Shown here: in pieces, positions 17,904-29,970 of the stretch
Position numbering within the stretch: the stretch's first letter is position 1
How the letters are laid out: each line of letters starts with the position of its first letter
Assembly (NCBI GenBank): GCA_016177845.1
Contig: JACOUO010000011.1
Coordinates: forward strand, 50,161 to 114,160
Reading direction: 5' to 3'
Length of the DNA: 64,000 nucleotides
Origin: Deltaproteobacteria bacterium
Lineage (GTDB): Bacteria; Desulfobacterota; GWC2-55-46
Program-made: the position numbers and the translations under genes
The notes under the pieces: generated by a model
What the model was told of the DNA's origin: nothing
The model's database searches: none
What the model saw: the letters and a program-made list of their open reading frames with translations, nothing else

Positions 17904-20738
17904 ATGGCGATAGACCCTGTCTGCGGGATGAATATAGAACCTGAAAAGGCAAAAGGCAAAAGCGGGTACAATGGGGAGACAATATACTTCTGCTCCCTTA
18001 ATTGTAAAAAGGTATTTGACGCAAATCCGCAGGCCTTTATGCAGGCCTCATCCCAAAATATTGCAAAAGATGAAGAGACAGGCATAGACCCAGTCTGCGG
18101 CATGACCGTAAAGAGGTCAAAGGCAGCGGGTATTTCTGAATATAAAGGTAAAACATACCTTTTTTGCAACCTGAATTGCAAAAAGAAGTTTGACGCAGAC
18201 CCTGAATCTTTTTTATCCCCGAAAATTGAGGATTCCCATACCCGTGTGCATGAAGGTCCTCCCATAGAGGATAAGGACCTTAAGACCGTAAGCCTGCCCA
18301 TAACAGGCATGAGCTGCGCCTCGTGCGCCGCCAAGATCAAGAAGGGCCTTACCGGCCTTAGCGGCATAAAAAGCGCAAGCGTAAATTTTGCTGCTGAAAA
18401 GGTCATCATATCCTATGACCCCCGTGAGGTGCATCTTACGGATTTTATCAAGACTATAAAGGAGCTTGGCTACGGGGCAGGGGTAGAAACGGTAGTATTG
18501 CCAGTGCAGGGCATGAGCTGCGCCTCGTGCGTAGATAAGATACAGAAGGTACTGAACCGTATGGACGGGGTTGTAAGCGCTTCAGTAAATCTTGCGACTG
18601 AAAAGGCAAATATCAACTACCTTCCTTCAATTGTTGATATCGATGATTTTATTAAGGCCATAAACGGGGCAGGGTATAAGGCCCTGAGGCCTGAGAAGGC
18701 TGAAGACCTTCTTGAGCGGGATACGAGGATAAAGCAGGAGGAGTTCAGAAAGCTTCGTTCCAGGTTCCTTTTCGCGGCTGTCATTGCAGCCTTTGTCATG
18801 CTGGGCGCGCTCAGGGATTTGTTTGCCTGGGTTCCTTCCATACTTGCGAATAACTTTACTCTTCTTATTCTGGCTACTCCTGTTCAGTTCTGGAGCGGAT
18901 GGCAGTTCTACAGAGGGGCAATAGGCTCTGCCAGGCACCGCACCACGGACATGAATACATTGATAGCTGTGGGCACTTCTGCGGCATATCTTTACAGTAC
19001 GGCAGTTACATTCTTCCCTGCATTTTTTGCGGAGAGAGGGTTCCATACAGGGGTTTACTTTGATACATCTACCGCTATCATTGCGCTGATACTCCTTGGA
19101 AGGCTGCTTGAATCAAGGGCAAAAGGCCGCACAGGCGAGGCAATAAAAAAGCTTATAGGCATGCAGGCAAAGACCGCGCGCGTGGTAAGGGGCGGCACTG
19201 AATCTGACATACCCATAAATGAGGTTATATCTGGAGATATTATCATTGTGCGTCCCGGTGAGAAGATACCGGTTGACGGCAAGATAACAGAGGGTTTTTC
19301 TTCAATCGATGAATCCATGATAAGCGGCGAGAGCCTGCCCGTTGAAAAGAAAGAAGGGGATGAGGTAATCGGGGCTACCATCAACAAGACAGGTTCATTC
19401 AAATACAAGGCAACAAGGGTAGGCAAAGACTCCACATTAAGCCAGATAATAAAGATGGTCGAAGAGGCGCAGGGCAGCAAGCCTCCCATAGCAAGGCTTG
19501 TCGATGTGATAGCAAGCTACTTTGTGCCTGTTGTTATCGTCCTTGCTATTATCACCTTTATAATCTGGTATATTTTCGGCCCTGAGCCTGCTTTCACTTA
19601 CGGGCTTTTGAACTTCATAGCCGTACTTATTATTGCTTGCCCGTGTGCTATGGGGCTTGCCACACCCACCTCTATAATGGTCGGCACAGGCAAAGGCGCT
19701 GAGAACGGCATACTCATAAGGGGAGGCGAATCCCTTGAGACAGCGCATAAGCTAAATGCAATCGTACTTGATAAGACAGGCACTCTCACAAAAGGCCTGC
19801 CGTCATTGACTGACATAATCGCAATAAATAAAGGTTTGGCAAGGCAGGGGCTTGGCAATGAGGATACGCTTCTGTTCTATGCGGCCTCCGCCGAGAAGGG
19901 CTCTGAACACCCTGTAGGAGAGGCTATCACGGGCAGGGCCGCTGCCAAGGGGATTGAGCTTGTAAGCCCTAAATCTTTTGAGGCTGTTGCGGGGCATGGT
20001 ATTTCAGCTAAGATAGAAGGCGCACATGTGCTGCTTGGAAATATCAAATTCATGCGGGACAGGGGGATTACGCTAAATGGGGCTGAAAAAGAGGCTGAAC
20101 GGCTTGCCGATCAGGGTAAGACCTCGATATATCTTGCCGTTGATAATAAACTTGCGGCTATTATAGCTGTTGCCGATACCTTAAAGGAGTATTCGAAAGA
20201 GGCGATTGCCGAATTTAAGAAGATGGGGCTTGAGGTAGCAATTATCACAGGCGATAATAAAAGGACGGCTAAGGCAATCGCCTCTGAGCTTGGAGTTAAC
20301 AGGGTGATGGCCGAGGTGCTTCCTGAAGACAAGGCAAAAGAGGTCAAAAAGCTTCAGGATGAGGGTAAGGTGGTAGCAATGGTGGGGGACGGCATAAATG
20401 ACGCTCCGGCCCTTGCGCAGGCTGATGTGGGGATAGCCATTGGAACAGGGACTGATGTCGCGATGGAAGCCTCTGACATTACGCTAATTGGCGGCGACTT
20501 GAGGTCGATTGTAACGGCAATCAAGCTCAGCCGTGCTACCATCAGGAACATAAAGCAGAACCTTTTCTGGGCTTTCATATATAATATACTTCTGATACCT
20601 GTTGCTGCGGGGCTTCTGTACCCGTTCTTCGGAATTCTTTTAGACCCCATGCTTGCTGCAGCGGCAATGGGCCTTTCTTCCGTAAGCGTAGTAAGTAATG
20701 CCTTGAGGCTAAAAAGATTTAAAGCGGCTCACGCATAA
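17904..20738 (+). CDS. copA: Cu(I)-translocating P1B-type ATPase with 2 YHS and 2 HMA N-terminal domains
   Basis: DPVCGM..FC..C twice, GMSCASC twice, [22 protein letters not shown] and M..SS motifs. Confidence 0.95.
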   Translation: MAIDPVCGMNIEPEKAKGKSGYNGETIYFCSLNCKKVFDANPQAFMQASSQNIAKDEETGIDPVCGMTVKRSKAAGISEYKGKTYLFCNLNCKKKFDADPESFLSPKIEDSHTRVHEGPPIEDKDLKTVSLPITGMSCASCAAKIKKGLTGLSGIKSASVNFAAEKVIISYDPREVHLTDFIKTIKELGYGAGVETVVLPVQGMSCASCVDKIQKVLNRMDGVVSASVNLATEKANINYLPSIVDIDDFIKAINGAGYKALRPEKAEDLLERDTRIKQEEFRKLRSRFLFAAVIAAFVMLGALRDLFAWVPSILANNFTLLILATPVQFWSGWQFYRGAIGSARHRTTDMNTLIAVGTSAAYLYSTAVTFFPAFFAERGFHTGVYFDTSTAIIALILLGRLLESRAKGRTGEAIKKLIGMQAKTARVVRGGTESDIPINEVISGDIIIVRPGEKIPVDGKITEGFSSIDESMISGESLPVEKKEGDEVIGATINKTGSFKYKATRVGKDSTLSQIIKMVEEAQGSKPPIARLVDVIASYFVPVVIVLAIITFIIWYIFGPEPAFTYGLLNFIAVLIIACPCAMGLATPTSIMVGTGKGAENGILIRGGESLETAHKLNAIVLDKTGTLTKGLPSLTDIIAINKGLARQGLGNEDTLLFYAASAEKGSEHPVGEAITGRAAAKGIELVSPKSFEAVAGHGISAKIEGAHVLLGNIKFMRDRGITLNGAEKEAERLADQGKTSIYLAVDNKLAAIIAVADTLKEYSKEAIAEFKKMGLEVAIITGDNKRTAKAIASELGVNRVMAEVLPEDKAKEVKKLQDEGKVVAMVGDGINDAPALAQADVGIAIGTGTDVAMEASDITLIGGDLRSIVTAIKLSRATIRNIKQNLFWAFIYNILLIPVAAGLLYPFFGILLDPMLAAAAMGLSSVSVVSNALRLKRFKAAHA

Positions 20739-20769
20739 ATAACTTTTTATCGTCTATCAATGGTGGCAA

Positions 20770-21570
20770 ATGGGAAGGCTTAAAAATCAGATATTGGCAA
20801 AGGTGCTTACCAGATTTCCGAAACTGCTCGATAAGATCATTGAGAAGACAGAGAGCATCACTGTTGAAGGCATACCGTGGACGCCTTTGAAAAAGCCTAT
20901 AAAGGACTGTAAAATTGCGCTCGTTACAACGGCAGGGGTGCATCTAAAGGCTCAAGAGCCTTTTGATATGCTCGATAAGGACGGAGACCCGACATACAGG
21001 GAGCTTCCTTCATCTGCGCCAAGAGAGCAATATACGATCACACACGATTATTACGACCACACGGATGCTGATAAGGATTTGAATATCGTGTTTCCCCTTG
21101 ACCGCATCAGGGAACTTAAGCTGGAAGGCAAAATTGGGGAGCTTGCCGAAGTCAATTTCGGCTTTATGGGGCATATCGACGCGCACCATATTGAAACGCT
21201 TGTAAAGAAAACCGCAGTTGAAGTTGCGGATAAGCTCAAAAGACAGAATGTGGATGTGGTTCTCTTGACACCCGGGTGAGGACTCTGCAATCGGTCCGTG
21301 GGACTGATACAGAGGGAGATTGAAAGGCATGGGATCTCTACCATAGGGGTTTCGATAGTAAGGAAATTCACTGAGGAGGTAAAACCTCCGAGGTCTGTTT
21401 TTGTGAAATGGCCTTTGGGTCATCCTCTTGGTGAACCGTTTAAGGTTGACCAGCAGAAGAAGGTAATTGAAAGCGCATTCAAAGCGCTTCAGAAGATAGA
21501 TACTCCGGGGACAATAATAGATCTGCCGTTCAGGTGGAAGAGGTACGAGGACTTGGAGAAAGAGATTTGA
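20770..21570 (+). CDS. Selenoprotein B family (PrdB/GrdB-like), 266 aa, Sec encoded by UGA at 21277-21279
   Basis: ORFs 20770-21279 and 21298-21570 are in frame; readthrough gives LLTPG-U-GLCNRSVGLIQREIE (UxxC); N-part has ALVTTAGVH, GDPTYR, YDHTDADKD.N.VFPLDR. Confidence 0.85.
21285..21312 (+). promoter_or_regulatory. Bacterial SECIS-like stem-loop
   Basis: ATCGGTCC-GTG-GGACTGAT stem (21290-21308, one G-U), extended by CTG/CAG; G-first apical loop 18 nt after the UGA. Confidence 0.7.
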
Positions 21571-21583
21571 TTGTGAGTGAACC

Positions 21584-22218
21584 GGATTCCCGATAGAGAC
21601 ATTCGGGAATGACGGCTTGGGAAGGTCGTCATTGCGAGGGCGGTAAGCCCGAAGCAATCTTAGCTTTAGAGTAAGATAAAAACAGATTGCTTCGCTTCGC
21701 TCGCAATGACTGTTTTTGTTTTATTTTGTTTTGCCTTAAAATACACCAAGGGGCATTCCGTAGAGGCAGCCAAAATCTTTAATACTGGATTCCCGATAGA
21801 GACATTCGGGAATGACGGATTAGGAAGGTCGTCATTGCGAGGGCGTTAAGCCTGAAGCAATCTTAGCTTTAGGTTGGAGATAAAAACAGATTGCTTCGCT
21901 TCGCTCGCAATGACTGTTTTTGTTTTATTTTGTTTTGCCTTTAAATACACCAAGGGGCATTCCGTAGAGGCAGCCAAAATCTTTAATACTGGATTCCCGA
22001 TAAAGACACTCGGGAATGACGGCTTGGGAAGGTCGTCATTGCGAGGGCGTTAAGCCCGAAGCAATCTTAGCTTTAAGTTGGAGATAAAAACAGATTGCTT
22101 CGCTCCGCTCGCAATGACGGTTTTTGTTTTATTTTGTTTCCTTTAAATACACCAAGGGGCATTTCGTAGAGGCAGCCAAAATCTTTAATACAGATTGCTT
22201 CGCTTCGCTCGCAATGAC
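21584..22218. repeat. Tandem array of three ~203-bp units of CGTC-type palindromic (REP/RPE-like) elements plus a terminal half element
   Basis: Units start at 21584, 21787 and 21991; each has ATTCCCG-N11-CGGGAAT and GTCATTGCGAG..GAAGCAATCT-spacer-AGATTGCTTC..CTCGCAATGAC. Confidence 0.92.
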
Positions 22219-22220
22219 AA

Positions 22221-23645
22221 TTAAGGTTTTTTACGCTCTATCAGCGAAGGCTCCGTGACAGACCTGATGTCCATCAGCCTTTCCCATTCATCATTTGTCA
22301 AAATCCTTTTTTCAAGCACAACCTCTTTTACAGTTTTGCCGGTCTCGGTTGCTTCTTTGGCGACCTGTGCCGCCTTCTCGTAACCGATATACCTGTTAAG
22401 GATTGTGGCAACTCCTATTGACCCTTCAAAAAAATATTTGCACCTGTCCTTGTCAGCCTTTATGTCTGAAACGCATTTCTCGGTAAATACTCTTACGCCC
22501 GAAGTCAGTATCTCGATTGACTGAAGCAGGTTGTAATTTATCACAGGCATCATCACATTAAGCTCAAACTGGCCTGCCTGAGCTGCCATCGTAATCGTCA
22601 GGTCATTGCCGATTACCTGAAATGATACCATGTCAAGGAGCTCCGCCATCACCGGGTTTACTTTTCCAGGCATTATGGAAGAACCCGGCTGAACAGGAGG
22701 TAGCTTTATCTCTGTAATACCTGTCCTTGGCCCTGAGCTTAAGAGCCTTAGGTCATTTGCAATGCGTATAAGCTCAATAGCCGTATTTTTAAGCTCTGAT
22801 GAGAATGAGGCAAAATCAGCCATGCTGTTAATCGCCTCAAAATAATCCGGCGCGCTTTTTAAGCCCTTTATGCCTGTTGTTTTGGATAATGCCTTTAACG
22901 CTGTTACCCTGTACCTTGGGTGAGTATTGATGCCGGTGCCTGCGGCAGTTGCCCCAAGCCCGATTCTTTTCAACCGTTCCCTTGCTGATGAAAGCATCTC
23001 AACTGCGCTTGAGACAGATGAGGCATAAGAACCGAACTCCTGCCCAAGTCTTACAGGCACCGCGTCCTGCAGATGGGTGCGGCCTGATTTTATGACCCTG
23101 TCGAATTCTTTTGATTTTTTTCTGAGCGCGGACTCAAGGGTTTTTAATGTCCTGATAAATTCTTCTGAGGATATGATTGCCGCTATTCTCAGGGCAGTCG
23201 GCATGGTGTCGTTTGTGGATTGGCTTGCATTTGCATGGTCATTGGGGTGGATTATTCTGTAGTCGCCTTTTTTGCCGCCTAAATGTTCTATTGCCCGATT
23301 TGCGATTACCTCATTGGCGTTCATGTTATGGGAAGTGCCTGCGCCTGCCTGATACACATCCACTATGAACTGATCGTGCAGCTTGCCCTGTATTATCTCA
23401 TCTGCTGCATTGATTATGGCTTGACCTCTTTTGCGGTCAATAAGCCCAAGCTCCATATTCGCAATGCAGCATGCCTTCTTGACCATTGCCGTTGAGATGA
23501 TAAAGACCCTCTTGGCAGTGATGCCGCTTATGGGAAAATTCTCCTTTGCCCTAAGCGTCTGGATGCCGTAATAGGCGTCCTTTGGGACAGGTCTTTCCCC
23601 CAGTGAATCCTTCTCAAGCCTAAAGTTTTTATTCTTCTGCGGCAT
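22221..23645 (-). CDS. aspA: Aspartate ammonia-lyase (fumarase/aspartase family)
   Basis: GSSIMPGKVNP signature, SQSTND, GRTHLQDA; class II fumarase not fully excluded. Confidence 0.8.
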   Translation of the reverse strand: MPQKNKNFRLEKDSLGERPVPKDAYYGIQTLRAKENFPISGITAKRVFIISTAMVKKACCIANMELGLIDRKRGQAIINAADEIIQGKLHDQFIVDVYQAGAGTSHNMNANEVIANRAIEHLGGKKGDYRIIHPNDHANASQSTNDTMPTALRIAAIISSEEFIRTLKTLESALRKKSKEFDRVIKSGRTHLQDAVPVRLGQEFGSYASSVSSAVEMLSSARERLKRIGLGATAAGTGINTHPRYRVTALKALSKTTGIKGLKSAPDYFEAINSMADFASFSSELKNTAIELIRIANDLRLLSSGPRTGITEIKLPPVQPGSSIMPGKVNPVMAELLDMVSFQVIGNDLTITMAAQAGQFELNVMMPVINYNLLQSIEILTSGVRVFTEKCVSDIKADKDRCKYFFEGSIGVATILNRYIGYEKAAQVAKEATETGKTVKEVVLEKRILTNDEWERLMDIRSVTEPSLIERKKP

Positions 23646-23674
23646 TGATAGATCCCTTTGGATATTTTTTTATT

Positions 23675-24280
23675 TTAGTTCCTGATTATCTTTTTGTCAG
23701 GGCCGAGGGGAAGGCTTACATCGATGTGGCCCGCTATGGTCTTTTGTTTTTTCCCCGCTACAAGTATCTGCACTTCTTTTACTTCGGGGAAATTGAGAAT
23801 GACCGTATCGACTATTGAATAAACGGTCTGTATCTCCCAGGAAGAGCCTCCGGGATGGTTTGAAACAAGTTCAGGGCTAAAGTTTACTGTTGCGATATCG
23901 CCTTTTACTTCAATACCTACGAGCTTTGTCCCGTCAGGAAGGGGATTGGCGAGATCTTTATTATCAGGCCCTTTTATCAGTTCGGAGATGGATTCCTTTA
24001 TCTCTGCTTCAAGTGAGCCTTTTTTAATCATATGGCTCTCGGCCTTGAGGTTTGTCCCTTCCTCGTCAGTGAAGTAGATATTCACTTCTTTTGCTGTCCT
24101 GTCGGTAATGGACTTAGGCAGTTTATCCCCGAAGAGCGAAAGGAGCACGATACCGATAATGACGGTAGCTGCAGCTACGAGCAATACGGTAATTATACCG
24201 CCTTTTTTACCAGATTTTTTCTTTGGCATCTTTGGGCTTGACTGTTTTTGAGGTTTGGGTGAGTTTTTTTTCTTTGCCAT
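23675..24280 (-). CDS. Membrane-anchored GerMN domain protein
   Basis: Basic N-terminus, single TM, IYF..L..E, LIKGP, VNFS..GGS..E..VYSIV.T, GHID; start reassigned to MAKKK. Confidence 0.75.
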   Translation of the reverse strand: MAKKKNSPKPQKQSSPKMPKKKSGKKGGIITVLLVAAATVIIGIVLLSLFGDKLPKSITDRTAKEVNIYFTDEEGTNLKAESHMIKKGSLEAEIKESISELIKGPDNKDLANPLPDGTKLVGIEVKGDIATVNFSPELVSNHPGGSSWEIQTVYSIVDTVILNFPEVKEVQILVAGKKQKTIAGHIDVSLPLGPDKKIIRN

Positions 24281-24281
24281 C

Positions 24282-25091
24282 TCAGTTTTCGGTAAGCTGG
24301 GCAAGCTCGGCTTCACTTAGATTATCGCCAAAGAACCGCCTGCCGACCGTAAGGAACCTTTCCGGTGAGTCTGTAACAAAAAACCTGTGTTTTGCCTGCC
24401 CTGTTTTGGCGTTGAACATATTGCTTTCAGAGAGTATCCGCTTTACCTCAGCGGCGGTTGAAGCGGCTGAATCTATAAGCGTAACTGCACTGCCCATAAC
24501 TGACGCTATTGTTTCTTTTAAAAGAGGGTAGTGTGTGCAACCGAGCACAAGAGTATCTATGCCTGAGTCTTTAAGGTCGCATAAGTAACGCTCTGCCACA
24601 AGGGCTGTTACCTCATCGTTTGCCCAGCCTTCTTCAACAAGGGGCACGAAAAGCGGGCACGCCTTTGTGAAAGTGGAAACCTCCGGGTTAACGGATTTTA
24701 TCGCAGTGCAATAGGCGCTGCTCCTGATTGTTCCTTCAGTGCCTATCACGCCGATTTTATTATGGCTGGTGACGCTTACAGCGGCCTTTGCGCCCGGCTC
24801 TATAACGCCCAGTACCGGTATCTTAAGCTCTCTTTTAAGCTTTGGCACTGCATATGCTGAGGCCGTGTTGCAGGCAGCCACTAAAAGCTTTATATCATGC
24901 TTGATAAGAAAGTTCGCTACTTCAAAAGAGTATCTTTCAACGGTTTCCTTTGATTTGCTGCCGTATGGGACCCTTGCGGTGTCTCCAAGATATATCGTAT
25001 TCTCATTGGGCAGGAGCCTTGTTATCTCACGAAGGACCGTAAGGCCACCTATACCTGAATCAAAGACCCCGATGGGGCTGTTCCTATCCAT
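24282..25091 (-). CDS. murI: Glutamate racemase
   Basis: FDSGIGG, ACNTAS, LGCTHYP. Confidence 0.96.
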   Translation of the reverse strand: MDRNSPIGVFDSGIGGLTVLREITRLLPNENTIYLGDTARVPYGSKSKETVERYSFEVANFLIKHDIKLLVAACNTASAYAVPKLKRELKIPVLGVIEPGAKAAVSVTSHNKIGVIGTEGTIRSSAYCTAIKSVNPEVSTFTKACPLFVPLVEEGWANDEVTALVAERYLCDLKDSGIDTLVLGCTHYPLLKETIASVMGSAVTLIDSAASTAAEVKRILSESNMFNAKTGQAKHRFFVTDSPERFLTVGRRFFGDNLSEAELAQLTEN

Positions 25092-25260
25092 CCTCAGCTA
25101 TAAACCTTTTATCTTATTTGCCTGAATTACATAGACTTTTTAAGTGTAGGTAATACAGGTTTTGTTGTCAATAACTATTTTGACTTAGCCTAATCTGTGA
25201 GCACCTAAAATATTATATAATATAAGTAGCGAATTTTAAACCCGCTTGAAAGAGGGCCAA

Positions 25261-27003
25261 ATGGAAAACGCGGATATAGCCAAAATATTCTATGATATTG
25301 CGGACCTCCTTGAGATAAAAGGCGAGGATAAATTCAGGATTCGTTCATACAGGAACGCGGGCCTTGTTATAGAAGGCCTTTCCGAGAGCCTTAAAAAACT
25401 CTATGAAAAAGGAGAGGAGCACCTTGAGGGGATACCCGGCATAGGGGTAAGCACGAGGGCAAAGATAATAGAGATTTTGACTACAGGCAAGTGCAAGTAC
25501 CATGATGAGCTTTTGAAAGGAATTCCCATTGGCATGCTTGAGATAGTAAAGATATCAGGAGTAGGGCCAAAAAAAGCGGCCCTTCTCTATAAAGAGCTTG
25601 GGGTCTCAACAATAGAGGCCCTTGAGAAGGCGGCCTCTGAGCAGAAGATAAGGAACTTGCCGGGTATGGGCGAGGTAACAGAGCAGAAAATACTCAAATC
25701 CATCTCTGACATGAAGGCGATGGAGAGGAAGTTCAAGATTGCCGTGGCGCTCAATTACGCGAATTCATTTGTCGAATACATAAAGAAAATCCCCGGCACT
25801 GTAGATGTAGTGCCGTCAGGAAGCCTCAGGAGATGGAAAGAGACCGTGGGAGATATCGATATACTCACAACATGTACTGACCCGCAGGCAGTGATGGATA
25901 AGTTTGTGGCGCACCCTGATGTAGTAGAGGTGCTCTCAAAAGGCGAGACGAAATCTACCGTAGTAGTTAAGGCAGGCGTTCAGATCGATATAAGGGTGCT
26001 TGAGAAAAAATCATTCGGCGCGGCCCTGCAGTACTTCACAGGCTCAAAGACACATAACATAGCCCTGAGGGACAGGGCAAAGAGGATGGGGCTTAAGATA
26101 AGCGAGTACGGCGTATTTAAGGAGGAGGGGAAAAAGTGGGTGGCAGGCACTAAAGAAGAAGATGTCTATAAAATAGTGGGGTTGCCGTGGATTCCGCCGG
26201 AGCTCAGGGAGAACAGGGGAGAGATAGAAGCCGCTGAGAAAGGCACTCTGCCCAAGCTTATCGAACTTGATGATATCAGGGGAGACCTCCATGTGCACAC
26301 AAAAGAAAGCGACGGCACCTATACGCTTGAGGATATGACAGAGGCGGCAATGCAGCGGGGCTATGAGTACATGGCGGTTACAGACCATTCAAAGGCAATA
26401 GGCATAGCAAGGGGGCTCGATGAGCAAAGGATAATGGCGCAAATGGGCGCAATCGATGAGTTCAACGCAAAGCTTAAAAAGAGGGGAAAGAAGTTCAGGG
26501 TATTAAAAGCCTCTGAGGTGGATATAAGGGCGGACGGCTCTCTTGACCATCCTGACAGGGTACTTGATAAGCTTGATTGCGTTGTAGCGTCAATCCATTC
26601 AGGATTTAAAATGGGAATGGAGGAGATGACGGCAAGGATAATCAAGGCAATTCAGAGCAGGAAAATAAATATACTCGCCCACCCCACAGGCAGGCTCATC
26701 AATGAAAGGGCCCCTTATCCTGTAGATATGGACAGGGTGATGGATGAGGCAAAGAAATACAATATCGCTTTGGAGCTTAACTCATACCCTGACAGGCTTG
26801 ACTTAAATGATGTGCATTGCAGGCTGGCAAAGGAAAAAGGCGTTAAGCTTGCGATATCCACTGACTCGCATTCCATTTACCATCTGGAGCATATTTTATA
26901 CGGAATACATACAGCGAGAAGGGGATGGATAGAAGCGGCTGATGTGATAAATACAAGGCCCCTTAAAGAGGTTTTAAAGTTCCTTAAAGGGCCTAAGAGC
27001 TGA
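25261..27003 (+). CDS. polX: DNA polymerase X / PHP 3'-5' exonuclease
   Basis: HhH motifs, GSLRR..VGDIDIL, YFTGSK.HN, PHP motifs DLHVHT, TDHS, AHPTGR, TDSH. Confidence 0.93.
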   Translation: MENADIAKIFYDIADLLEIKGEDKFRIRSYRNAGLVIEGLSESLKKLYEKGEEHLEGIPGIGVSTRAKIIEILTTGKCKYHDELLKGIPIGMLEIVKISGVGPKKAALLYKELGVSTIEALEKAASEQKIRNLPGMGEVTEQKILKSISDMKAMERKFKIAVALNYANSFVEYIKKIPGTVDVVPSGSLRRWKETVGDIDILTTCTDPQAVMDKFVAHPDVVEVLSKGETKSTVVVKAGVQIDIRVLEKKSFGAALQYFTGSKTHNIALRDRAKRMGLKISEYGVFKEEGKKWVAGTKEEDVYKIVGLPWIPPELRENRGEIEAAEKGTLPKLIELDDIRGDLHVHTKESDGTYTLEDMTEAAMQRGYEYMAVTDHSKAIGIARGLDEQRIMAQMGAIDEFNAKLKKRGKKFRVLKASEVDIRADGSLDHPDRVLDKLDCVVASIHSGFKMGMEEMTARIIKAIQSRKINILAHPTGRLINERAPYPVDMDRVMDEAKKYNIALELNSYPDRLDLNDVHCRLAKEKGVKLAISTDSHSIYHLEHILYGIHTARRGWIEAADVINTRPLKEVLKFLKGPKS

Positions 27004-27004
27004 C

Positions 27005-28333
27005 TTAAGCGGTTGAAGCTTTTTTCGGGGTCTCAAGGGGCTCTACTTTGACTTTTATTATCCTGTTCCGTTCGACATCCACGACGGTAAATCTCTGGTC
27101 GTTGTAGATGACAAACTCTCCGCCCCTCGGAATCCTTTGAAGCTTTGCCAGCATGAAACCCGCGAGGGTATGGTACTCTTCGGATTCTTCATCTATTACG
27201 ATACCGAGGTCCTCAAGGTCCCTTAAGGATGCGGACGCGTCAATTACCATTGTGCCGTCCCTGAGTTTTTCTACCAGACCGCCTGCGCCTGTATCGTACT
27301 CGTCCTCGATCTCGCCTACAAGCTCTTCGATTATATCTTCTATCGTTATAAGGCCGTCCACATCGCCGTGCTCGTCAACAACGATGGCCATGTGTACTTT
27401 TCGCCTTTGAAGCTCTCTTAAGAGCCTGCTTATCATTACAGAGTTAGGGACAAAGTAAGGCGAGCGGATAAGCTCCCTTATCTCAGGTTTTTTGCCCTGT
27501 TCAAGCGCCATGAAAACATCTTTATTAAAGAGTATGCCGACGACCCTCTCCATGTTCTCCTTGTAAACAGGATACCTTGAAAAGCCTGTCTCGGACATGA
27601 ACTTCAAAACTTCGTCAAAAGGCGTGTCTATCTCAACGGCGCTGAATTTATGCTTCGGCACCATTACTTCCCTTACTGTAGTGTCCGCGAATTCAAAGAC
27701 ACCGTGAAGAAGCGCGGCCTCTGTCTCTTCGAATACGCCGGTCTCACGGCCTTCTTTAATGAAGTACTTTATCTCTTCTTCTGAGACAAAGACCTTCTTT
27801 TCGGAGTCCTTTACCCCAAGGAGCTTAAGCACTGAAGTAGTGGACTTTGTGAGCAGAAGCACGAAGGCGGAAGTCATCCGTGATAAGAAGTTCAGCGGCC
27901 TTGCGGAGAGGCACGCTATCCTTTCAGCGTATCTCAGGGCAAGGGATTTGGGCACAAGCTCGCCAACTACAAGCGAGGCGTATGAGATTATGATGACGAT
28001 TATGCCTACGGATATAAGCTCAGCAGCCTGTTCGGACATATACGGAATGGCCAGCAAGAGAGGCTTGAAATGTTCAGCCGCGATTATACCGCCAAGTACC
28101 GAGGCGAGGGTGCTGACGAATGTGACCCCGACCTGGACCGTAGCGAGGAACCTGTCCGGGTCCTCTTTCATCTTTTGCACGACAACGGCTGACAGATTGC
28201 CGTCTTTCGCAAGCTTGTCTATGATGCTTCTCTTGGCGGAGATTATCGCTATCTCGGCGCTTGAAAAGAAACCGTTAAGAAAAATCAGTATTAAAATGAT
28301 AATAGCCTCAAAAATAAGGCTTTCTAAAGACAC
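27005..28333 (-). CDS. Hemolysin-family CNNM/CBS/CorC membrane protein
   Basis: NGFFS.AEIA, GELVPKS, FSRYPV, VDEHG..EDIIEELVGEIEDE, TLAGF. Confidence 0.9.
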   Translation of the reverse strand: MSLESLIFEAIIILILIFLNGFFSSAEIAIISAKRSIIDKLAKDGNLSAVVVQKMKEDPDRFLATVQVGVTFVSTLASVLGGIIAAEHFKPLLLAIPYMSEQAAELISVGIIVIIISYASLVVGELVPKSLALRYAERIACLSARPLNFLSRMTSAFVLLLTKSTTSVLKLLGVKDSEKKVFVSEEEIKYFIKEGRETGVFEETEAALLHGVFEFADTTVREVMVPKHKFSAVEIDTPFDEVLKFMSETGFSRYPVYKENMERVVGILFNKDVFMALEQGKKPEIRELIRSPYFVPNSVMISRLLRELQRRKVHMAIVVDEHGDVDGLITIEDIIEELVGEIEDEYDTGAGGLVEKLRDGTMVIDASASLRDLEDLGIVIDEESEEYHTLAGFMLAKLQRIPRGGEFVIYNDQRFTVVDVERNRIIKVKVEPLETPKKASTA

Positions 28334-28504
28334 TTATCCTCCTCTTATGATGTGTACGCTAATGGGCGACACAGTGCAGCTAATTCTGCATATGTAAATG
28401 GATTTTCTATAAAGATATGGTTTTTGGATTGTATTTTTGTCAGTCAGGTGTATTTCATATTATATAATTATATCATATTGAAACATCGTAAAGCAAATCG
28501 TCCT

Positions 28505-28543
28505 GCTCAAAAATCATGTGCGGGAGGCTTAAAGCCCCCCGCA
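28505..28543 (-). terminator. Probable terminator after eno
   Basis: Minus strand TGCGGGGGGC-TTTAA-GCCTCCCGCA followed shortly by TTTTT. Confidence 0.55.
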
Positions 28544-28556
28544 AAATCGTTTAAAT

Positions 28557-29879
<1,323 letters not shown>

Positions 29880-29970
29880 TCAGGAATTGTGTCTAATTAT
29901 ACTTTCCGCAGGAAAAAAAGCAAGGCTTGTTTGAAAAAGGGAGGCTTTTAAAGAACAAAGAAAAAAGATT

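Noticed and set aside
20770-21570. Pseudogene or two separate genes
   Set aside because: The stop is a TGA exactly at the family's UxxC position, both halves are in frame, and a SECIS-like hairpin follows.
21584-22218. CRISPR array
   Set aside because: Units are about 203 bp and nearly identical throughout; there are no unique spacers and no cas genes.
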